From assembly GCA_018400815.1 (NCBI GenBank), contig JAGYLS010000044.1, positions 1 to 13,823 on the forward strand: a DNA stretch of 13,823 bases, given 5' to 3'. A program made the position numbers and the translations under genes. The notes below the pieces were generated by a model. That model worked only from the letters and a program-made list of their open reading frames with translations. It ran no database searches and was not told the origin of the DNA. Of this stretch, positions 1-6,390 are shown piece after piece. The DNA comes from Candidatus Oleincola secundus (GTDB lineage Bacteria; Atribacterota; Phoenicimicrobiia; Phoenicimicrobiales; Stramentimicrobiaceae). Position 1 is the stretch's first letter. Each line of letters begins with the position of its first letter.

Positions 1-190
1 CTGAAGTAGGTTCAATTAATCGAAGCATTATCCTCCCCAAGGTTGTTTTTCCTGAACCAGATTCACCAACCAAGCCAAAAATATCTCCTTTATTTACTGA
101 AATAGAAGTCCCGTCTACTGCCTTAACGAATTTTTTATTCTTCCAGGGATAATATTTTTTTACATCCTTTAATTGAATTATTTTATTCAT
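1..190 (-). CDS. Peptide ABC transporter ATP-binding subunit (DppF/OppF-like), 5' portion only; runs off the left edge
   Basis: Not in the ORF track. Manual translation from ATG at 190 gives [63 protein letters not shown], with KAVDG and Walker A GESGSGKT. An AGGA SD lies upstream and it follows the DppD-like gene. Confidence 0.93.
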   Translation of the reverse strand, partial: MNKIIQLKDVKKYYPWKNKKFVKAVDGTSISVNKGDIFGLVGESGSGKTTLGRIMLRLIEPTS

Positions 191-207
191 TGGCTTTCCT
201 ATTTAGA

Positions 208-1179
208 TTATTTTTGACCATCATATAAATAACAACTAACAAGATGATTCTTTTCTACTTCTAACATCTGTGGTTTTTTTTGTTTGCATACCGATTTAGC
301 AAAAGTACAACGAGGATGAAACCGACATCCTGAAGGAGGATTAACCAAATCAGGGACACTTCCCTTTATTTCCTGCAATTTTGTTCTTTTTTCAGAAGGT
401 ATAGCATTAATTAACCCCCTGGTATAAGGGTGTTTGGGATTATCTATAATATGCTTTAGTTCCCCTATTTCCACCATATCACCAGCGTACATTACCCCTA
501 CCCGTTCACATGTTTCTGCTACAACAGAAAGGTCATGGGTAATAAGCAAAATTGTCGTATTATATTTTACCACTAAATCTTTAAGAAGATTTAAAACCTG
601 TGCCTGAATAGAGACATCCAGGGCAGTTGTCGGTTCATCTGCAATTAATAATGAAGGCTTAGTGGATAACATCATGGCAATCATTACTCTTTGAGCCATT
701 CCTCCTGACAATTGATGGGGATATTGTCGGGCAATTTTTTCCGGTTCAGGTATATTAACTTCTTTTAACAATTCAATAGTTCTTTTCTCTGCCTCATTTT
801 TAGTAATATCAATATTTGCTATGAGGGCTTCAGAAATTTGTTCACCATTGTTTATTACCGGATTTAATGCTGCAATGGGATATTGCATTATCATTGTGAT
901 TTCCTTGCCTCTAATATCTTTTCTGATTTCTTCCTTACTCATTTTCAATATATCTATGCCTTTAAAAATGATTTCTCCTTTTTCTATTCTTCCAGGATTT
1001 TGTACTAAATTAAGAATTGCAGAGGCAGTAACACTTTTTCCGCATCCTGTTTCTCCTACCAAACCAAAAAATTCACCTTTATTAATCCTCAAATTAACAC
1101 CATTAAGCGCCCTAACGACACCTCTATAAGTGTAAAAATTAATCTCTAAATCTTTTACTTCTAACAATAATTCTTGCAC
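208..1179 (-). CDS. Peptide ABC transporter ATP-binding subunit (DppD/OppD-like)
   Basis: Walker A GETGCGKS, signature LSGGMAQR, Walker B LLIADEPT, H-loop ITHD, and a C-terminal HPY domain with CRFHPRC..C..C. GTG start. Confidence 0.96.
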   Translation of the reverse strand: MQELLLEVKDLEINFYTYRGVVRALNGVNLRINKGEFFGLVGETGCGKSVTASAILNLVQNPGRIEKGEIIFKGIDILKMSKEEIRKDIRGKEITMIMQYPIAALNPVINNGEQISEALIANIDITKNEAEKRTIELLKEVNIPEPEKIARQYPHQLSGGMAQRVMIAMMLSTKPSLLIADEPTTALDVSIQAQVLNLLKDLVVKYNTTILLITHDLSVVAETCERVGVMYAGDMVEIGELKHIIDNPKHPYTRGLINAIPSEKRTKLQEIKGSVPDLVNPPSGCRFHPRCTFAKSVCKQKKPQMLEVEKNHLVSCYLYDGQK

Positions 1180-1181
1180 AG

Positions 1182-2090
1182 TTATCCCTGCCCTCTTCTA
1201 AGATGTGGGTCAGAAATATCTCGTATTCCATCCCCTAATAAATTAAAGGCAAAAACTGTTAATAGAATAGCAAAGCCCGGAAAAGTAGGAACCCACCATT
1301 GGTTTATTAAAAAATTTCTTCCTGAACTTATCATCAAACCCCAATCCGGAGTAGGGGGCTGTGCTCCCAGACCCAAGAAACTCATTCCAGCGGCAATACG
1401 AATAATATTACCCATATCCAGGGTAGCTCGAACTATAAGTGTAGAAAAACACAGGGGCAATATGTTAAAAATTATTATTTTTAAATTAGAACTCCCCAAA
1501 GCCCTCTCTGCTTCAATAAAAGTTCTTTCTTTGATACTTAAAGTTTGTCCTCTTGCCAATCTTGCATAAACAGGCCACATGGTCAGAGCAATAGCTATCA
1601 TTGTATTTCTAAGACTTGGACCTAATGCAGTCCCTATAGCCATAGCCAGCACAAGACGAGGAAAGGCCATAAAAATATCTGCCATTCTCATAATAATTTC
1701 ATCAATCCATCCTCCGAAATAACCGGCTATAAGTCCAAGCAAAATACCCAGAGGCAGATCTATGGCCAAAACAATTAACATAATTTTTAAAGCTACGCCT
1801 GCACCATATATTATCCTTGAAAGGATATCTCTTCCCAGCTCATCTGTACCCAATAAATGTTCTTTTGATGGAGATGACAACCTATTATCAAGATGCATTT
1901 CTAAGGGGTTATAAGGAGCAATAATAGGTGCAAATATGGCTACACATACTAACAGCAATATTATGATTAAACCAATGGTAGTCAAGGGACTTCTTTTTAT
2001 GAGAAACAGCGATTCTTTAATATCAGAAATCTCTGATGAATGCTTTTTTTTCCATGAGTCTAACTTTTTATGTAAATTATTACTATTCAA
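1182..2090 (-). CDS. Peptide ABC transporter permease (DppC/DdpC-like)
   Basis: LLGTDELGRDILSRIIYG, EAA-loop variant FIEAERALG, SFLGLGAQPPTPDWG, FNLLGDGIRD and several hydrophobic segments. TTG start with an AAGGGG SD. Confidence 0.96.
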   Translation of the reverse strand: MNSNNLHKKLDSWKKKHSSEISDIKESLFLIKRSPLTTIGLIIILLLVCVAIFAPIIAPYNPLEMHLDNRLSSPSKEHLLGTDELGRDILSRIIYGAGVALKIMLIVLAIDLPLGILLGLIAGYFGGWIDEIIMRMADIFMAFPRLVLAMAIGTALGPSLRNTMIAIALTMWPVYARLARGQTLSIKERTFIEAERALGSSNLKIIIFNILPLCFSTLIVRATLDMGNIIRIAAGMSFLGLGAQPPTPDWGLMISSGRNFLINQWWVPTFPGFAILLTVFAFNLLGDGIRDISDPHLRRGQG

Positions 2091-2105
2091 ACTATTTACC
2101 CCTTG

Positions 2106-3110
2106 TTAATATTTAATCCTGGGATCCAATGCCGCATAAAGCAAATCAACAATTAGATTGCTTAGTGCATAGGCAATTGCAATTAAGGTAACTGAACCTA
2201 TTACGGCATTTAAATCAAGAGATAAAAAAGAATTTACTGCATATCTGCCCAAACCTGGATACCCGAATACTGTTTCAGTCAAAACAGAGCCTTCTAAAAG
2301 ATAGCCGAAAGATATACCTATCATGGTGACCACAGGAATTAAGGCATTCTTGAAGGCGTGCCTATAGATGACTACTTTTTCCTTTAAACCTTTTACTCGA
2401 GCGGTTCTTATATATTCCTCATTTAGAACTTCAAGCATTGAAGACCTGGTTACTCTACATATATATGCCATTTGTATCCAACCTAACACCAGGCCTGGAC
2501 CAATTAAATGATGAAATGCATCCCAGAAAATTATATAATCTCTTGCTATTAGGCTATCAATAAGGTATAAACCGGTTACTAATTGTGGAGGAGATATGCC
2601 GGAAGATAATCTTCCTCCGGCAGGTATTAATTTTAGATGATAATACAATACCAAAATAAACAGCAAGCTTAACCAGAAAGCGGGCATAGATATTCCTGTT
2701 AAAGAAAATACTCTGCTTATACTATCAGGTAATTGGTTTCTTTTTACAGCTGAAATTACCCCGATAGGAATTCCAAAAATAATTGCAATAATTAAAGCAA
2801 AAATTGCCAGCTCCAAGGTAGCAGGAAAATAAACTCTCATATCTTCTGCTACCATCTTTTGAGTTCTGAGTGATATTCCAAAATCCCAATTTATTATTCC
2901 TTTAAGATAACGACTATATTGTTGGCCAAGCGGTAAATCCAGACCTAACTCTCTTTCCATCTTTTCTATTAATTCCTGAGGTGCATTTTCACCAAGAATT
3001 GCCCCTACCGGGTCAGCAGGTATAACATGGGACAGAAAAAATGTAACTGTTACTACTCCGAAAATAACAATAAAGAATAATAATAATCTTTTCATTAAAT
3101 ATTTCAACAT
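2106..3110 (-). CDS. Peptide ABC transporter permease (DppB/DdpB-like)
   Basis: IPADP, LGLDLP, FPATLELA, YIRTARVKG, TETVFGYPGLG and DLLYAALDPRI motifs. Confidence 0.96.
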   Translation of the reverse strand: MLKYLMKRLLLFFIVIFGVVTVTFFLSHVIPADPVGAILGENAPQELIEKMERELGLDLPLGQQYSRYLKGIINWDFGISLRTQKMVAEDMRVYFPATLELAIFALIIAIIFGIPIGVISAVKRNQLPDSISRVFSLTGISMPAFWLSLLFILVLYYHLKLIPAGGRLSSGISPPQLVTGLYLIDSLIARDYIIFWDAFHHLIGPGLVLGWIQMAYICRVTRSSMLEVLNEEYIRTARVKGLKEKVVIYRHAFKNALIPVVTMIGISFGYLLEGSVLTETVFGYPGLGRYAVNSFLSLDLNAVIGSVTLIAIAYALSNLIVDLLYAALDPRIKY

Positions 3111-3150
3111 ATTGGTTACAATTCCATTCTAAATTGTATGCTTTCTTCAA

Positions 3151-3166
3151 AAAGAAATATTTCTTT
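3151..3166. repeat. Perfect 16-bp palindrome AAAGAAATATTTCTTT
   Basis: Equals its own reverse complement. It is intergenic, between the large stem-loop and the permease start. The sequence is read directly; the function is unknown. Confidence 0.7.
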
Positions 3167-3172
3167 CATTTT

Positions 3173-3232
3173 ATAATTGAGCTATGCCGCATATACTTCC
3201 ATATTTACACATAAGCGGCATAGCTCAATTAT
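3173..3232 (-). repeat. Intergenic stem-loop (18-bp perfect inverted repeat) downstream of the binding-protein gene
   Basis: ATAATTGAGCTATGCCGC (3173-3190) and GCGGCATAGCTCAATTAT (3215-3232) with a 24-nt spacer. No U-tract directly follows it on the coding strand. Confidence 0.9.
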
Positions 3233-3258
3233 TTATCTCTTTTAACTTAAGATGTTAA

Positions 3259-4818
3259 TTATTTTAGAGTAATCAGTTCCCAAGGAGTCTGTGTTAATTC
3301 ATTTAAAATAAAGTTTCCTACTTCTTTATTCAATCCCAATTGAATACTCATTTGATACAATGGTTCAAATACACTTTCCTTTTGCCATTTCTTCTGTAAC
3401 TCTATATAGACTTTTTCTCTCTCTTCTCTATCCTGGATAAAGGCTGCTTCTTCAACCATATCAGTCATAGCAGGGTTGGCATAAGCATTTCTCCAGGCTA
3501 ATTGTTTTACAGTTGCATCATCTCCTATAGTTCTACTATGTGCAAATGGCTTGGCGTTTGCGTCAGGATCAGCATAATCAGCACCCCATCTGGCAATAAC
3601 CATGTCTAATCCCTGTTTTCTATATTTACCCAATAAAGTAGTATAAGCTATTACTTCTAAATTAGTCTTTATCCCAATTTGATCTAGATATGCTTTTACT
3701 ACAGTTCCTTCAGTGGATAGGAAATCAGGAACAGTTAATGTTGTTTCAAAACCATCAGGATATCCTGCTTCTTTCAATAATTCTTTAGCTCTATCGGGAT
3801 TATATGGGAATTCATCTCCATCATAATAAGCAAACATTCCTTCAGGAACAAAACTGTGAAGCGGTGTAGATCCGCCACCTACTGCCTTAATTATTGCATC
3901 ATTATCTATGGCTGACTTAATAGCATTTCTTACTAAAATATTATCCGTTGGAGTAAGTTGGCCATTCATTGCCAAATAAATCAATTTAAATTGAGGCTTA
4001 GCTACTACATAAAGGTCTTCCTCTTCTTCTATGTCCGGAATCTGGTCATTGTCAAGATTCCAGGCAAGATCAATAGAACCGCCCTTAAGCTGTAGAAGCT
4101 GGCTGGAAGATTCCGGAATATCCACAATTACGATTTTATCTAATTCCGGTTTTGGTCCCCAGTAATCTTCATTACGTTCAAAAACTAAAGATTGGTTTCT
4201 TTCCCAACTGACTAACTTGAATGGACCACTTCCTGCTGAGCTTTCTGATAAATAAGCCATTCCCATATCATCTTCCTTAACATTGCTTTCGGTTACTTCA
4301 GGATCAACTGTTCCGGTAACTGAATACGTCATACAGGCAAGAACCAGGGTTGGAGAATAGGCTTTATCCATTGTTATCTTAACTTTATTATCAATTGCTT
4401 CAATAGAATCTTCTGTTATCCCAAATTGAGTAATAACCCAGGAAGGTGCTTGTGCCAACTTGGCAACCCTTTTTAAAGAATATGCTACTGCTTCAGCATC
4501 TACGGGATTACCATTAGAAAATTTTGCACTATCTCTAATAGTGAAAGTTACCGTATTGCCATCAAATTCCCATGATTCTGCAATGCCAGCTTCAATCTCA
4601 GAAGCAGAACCGGGTTTAAATCTGACTAACTTATCATAAACATTATCTAATATCCAACTCCCTTCAAATTCATAGGCCTTAGCCGGATCCAAAGATACAA
4701 TTGGACTTGTATCCATTCCGATTATTAAAGTTTTTTCCTGGGCAACCCCGGTAGTAAAGCTTAAAGTTACCAGTAAGGTTATAGTAAAGATTAAAATTAA
4801 ATTATTCTTTTTAAACAT
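3259..4818 (-). CDS. Peptide ABC transporter substrate-binding protein, family 5 (DppA/DdpA-like)
   Basis: Signal peptide without a lipobox, SLDPA, VYDKLV, AESWE, TFTIR..AKFSNG.PVDAEAV.YS, GSGPFKL, VRNAI and AKELLKEAGYPDGF. Strong SD AAGGAGG 8 nt before ATG. Confidence 0.96.
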   Translation of the reverse strand: MFKKNNLILIFTITLLVTLSFTTGVAQEKTLIIGMDTSPIVSLDPAKAYEFEGSWILDNVYDKLVRFKPGSASEIEAGIAESWEFDGNTVTFTIRDSAKFSNGNPVDAEAVAYSLKRVAKLAQAPSWVITQFGITEDSIEAIDNKVKITMDKAYSPTLVLACMTYSVTGTVDPEVTESNVKEDDMGMAYLSESSAGSGPFKLVSWERNQSLVFERNEDYWGPKPELDKIVIVDIPESSSQLLQLKGGSIDLAWNLDNDQIPDIEEEEDLYVVAKPQFKLIYLAMNGQLTPTDNILVRNAIKSAIDNDAIIKAVGGGSTPLHSFVPEGMFAYYDGDEFPYNPDRAKELLKEAGYPDGFETTLTVPDFLSTEGTVVKAYLDQIGIKTNLEVIAYTTLLGKYRKQGLDMVIARWGADYADPDANAKPFAHSRTIGDDATVKQLAWRNAYANPAMTDMVEEAAFIQDREEREKVYIELQKKWQKESVFEPLYQMSIQLGLNKEVGNFILNELTQTPWELITLK

Positions 4819-4873
4819 AAATATACCCTCCTTAAATATTTCATATTTGAAAAAGCAAATGTCTTAAAAAAAT

Positions 4874-4883
4874 ATCACCTCCT
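4874..4883 (-). promoter_or_regulatory. Orphan Shine-Dalgarno AGGAGGTGAT (candidate mRNA-stabilising SD)
   Basis: 10-nt complement of the canonical 16S rRNA 3' end, 55 nt upstream of the binding-protein ATG, with no start codon at normal spacing. Confidence 0.55.
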
Positions 4884-4899
4884 ATTTTTTTTAGGAACA

Positions 4900-5898
4900 T
4901 TATCCTACTACTTTTTTAAATACCCTCAGCCAATTTTCTCCTAATATTTTTTTAATGTCCTTAGTTTTATACCCCTGATTAAGCAACTCTTCTGTTATGT
5001 TAGGTACTTTATCAGTTCCTTCTAATCCCAAAGGTAATTTTTTGGTACCATCAAAGTCAGAGCCTAGCCCTACATAGTCCAAACCGACTATTTTTACCAG
5101 GTGATTAATATGTTCTACTACATCCTTTATGGTAGATTCCCTTTTTTTATTAATTAAAAAATCATTTACATAAGTCACACCAATCAACCCATTTTTATCG
5201 GCAATAGCTTTAATTTGTTCATCTTTTAAATTTCTTAGATGAGGGCAGAGGGCATAACAATTGGAATGAGAGGCAACAATGGGAGATTTGCTTTTTTTAA
5301 CAACATCCCAAAAACATGATTCTGAAAGATGTGAGACATCAATCAACATTCCTATATTGTTCATTTCTTCTACTACTTTAATTCCAAACTCAGTTAATCT
5401 ACTACCAGTCCGAGACTCACCAGCTCCATCAGCTATCTGATTTCTTTGATTCCAGGTAAGAGTCAAAAGCCTGACCCCTAACCTATACAACATTCTCAAT
5501 ACTCCCAAATCTCCCTCCAAGGCTTCTCCACCTTCAATAGAGAGTATGGCAGCAATCTTATCCGCATCAATAGTATTTTTTATCTGTTCATAATTAGTTG
5601 CTATAGATATTTCTTGCTTATTTTTTTCAATCTGCTGATAAATGCAATCAATAAGCTGTAAGGTCCTTTTCAATGAGGCATTTGGTTTGTATGCTTCTTC
5701 TATAAACGCTGCAAAAAATTGGACATTGACTCCCCCCTCTTTCATCCTGGGGATATCGAGATGACCAATACTAGATTTTTCACCTAAGCCTCTATTTTTA
5801 TTTATTATGCTTAAAATTGTGTCACAATGGCCATCAAATATTGTTACTTTTTGGTTTATTTTTTTTGCCAGAGAACTATTTCTATTATTTTTAGTCAA
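4900..5898 (-). CDS. Peptidase M19 (renal/membrane dipeptidase family) metallo-dipeptidase, probably cytoplasmic
   Basis: DGHCD, HLDIPRM, SIEGG, LTLTWN, IDVSH, ASHSN, RNL and GLGSDFDG. No signal peptide. The TTG start is uncertain because the SD is weak. Confidence 0.95.
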   Translation of the reverse strand: MTKNNRNSSLAKKINQKVTIFDGHCDTILSIINKNRGLGEKSSIGHLDIPRMKEGGVNVQFFAAFIEEAYKPNASLKRTLQLIDCIYQQIEKNKQEISIATNYEQIKNTIDADKIAAILSIEGGEALEGDLGVLRMLYRLGVRLLTLTWNQRNQIADGAGESRTGSRLTEFGIKVVEEMNNIGMLIDVSHLSESCFWDVVKKSKSPIVASHSNCYALCPHLRNLKDEQIKAIADKNGLIGVTYVNDFLINKKRESTIKDVVEHINHLVKIVGLDYVGLGSDFDGTKKLPLGLEGTDKVPNITEELLNQGYKTKDIKKILGENWLRVFKKVVG

Positions 5899-6052
5899 TT
5901 TTGTGGATATCTCTTTCTTGAATATATTTTTATTACATTTTGCAAGTTAATCGAGCAGAAATTATTTTAACCATATTAATATAAAGCATGAATTAGTGAA
6001 AAACAAATCATATCACTAACGAATAATGAACAATGATATCACAATTATTTTG

Positions 6053-6082
6053 ATTATAGCACCTTCAAGAACAACATATCAA
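6053..6082 (-). promoter_or_regulatory. Sigma70/SigA-type promoter for the dipeptidase-ABC operon
   Basis: Minus strand TTGATA (6082-6077), an 18-nt spacer ending in TGC, then TATAAT (6058-6053), forming an extended -10 TGcTATAAT. A-tracts lie upstream. Confidence 0.7.
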
Positions 6083-6177
6083 ATAATATTTTTTTCAGCA
6101 TTTTTTTATTTTCTATTTTTAAAGTATAGATAAGAAGTACAACTAGACAACTTTTTTATAATATTTTTCTGTCTAAT

Positions 6178-6213
6178 AAAAAAAGACTTCTTTAAAAAAA
6201 GAAGTCTTTTTTT
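6178..6213 (-). terminator. Intrinsic terminator downstream of tRNA-Gln (symmetric, potentially bidirectional)
   Basis: AAAAAAAGACTTCTTT-N4-AAAGAAGTCTTTTTTT, a perfect inverted repeat ending in a 7-U tract, 5 nt after the tRNA CCA. Confidence 0.88.
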
Positions 6214-6218
6214 GAATA

Positions 6219-6292
6219 TGGCTGAGGGAGGTGGGCTCGAACCACCGTTCCCAGATCCAGAGTCTGGTGTCCTACCACTAGACGATCCCTCA
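6219..6292 (-). tRNA. tRNA-Gln, anticodon CTG, encoded CCA
   Basis: TGAGGGATCGTCTAGTGGTAGGACACCAGACTCTGGATCTGGGAACGGTGGTTCGAGCCCACCTCCCTCAGCCA (74 nt). Acceptor stem TGAGGGA/TCCCTCA, anticodon arm CCAGA-CTCTGGA-TCTGG, T arm GGTGG-TTCGAGC-CCACC, U1-A72 pair. Confidence 0.98.
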
Positions 6293-6316
6293 ATCTTTTA
6301 CATTGTCAACATTAAT

Positions 6317-6344
6317 ATTTTACAACATATTTCGTATAGGTCAA
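6317..6344 (-). promoter_or_regulatory. Sigma70/SigA-type promoter for tRNA-Gln
   Basis: Minus strand TTGACC (6344-6339), N16, TAAAAT (6322-6317), 24 nt before the tRNA. A 16-bp spacer and AT-rich upstream DNA are typical of stable-RNA promoters. Confidence 0.7.
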
Positions 6345-6390
6345 ATAATTATTCATAAATTTCCTGCTATTTTATTATTTGCTTTTATTT

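Noticed and set aside
821..1569. Plus-strand ORFs 821-1129 and 1174-1569
   Set aside because: Antisense shadows of the well-supported ATPase and permease genes, with no recognisable motifs.
5899..6046. Riboswitch or T-box in the long dipeptidase leader
   Set aside because: Very AT-rich, with no recognisable aptamer, T-box motif or terminator/antiterminator pair. An Rfam scan would be the formal test.
5899..6292. tRNA-Gln as integration site of a genomic island carrying the peptide transporter
   Set aside because: No integrase, no duplicated tRNA 3' end in the window, the native terminator directly follows the tRNA, and there is no obvious compositional shift.
6304..6309. Perfect TTGACA just upstream of the tRNA
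   Set aside because: No -10 hexamer at 16-18 nt (it would fall inside the tRNA). The TTGACC/TAAAAT pair fits better.
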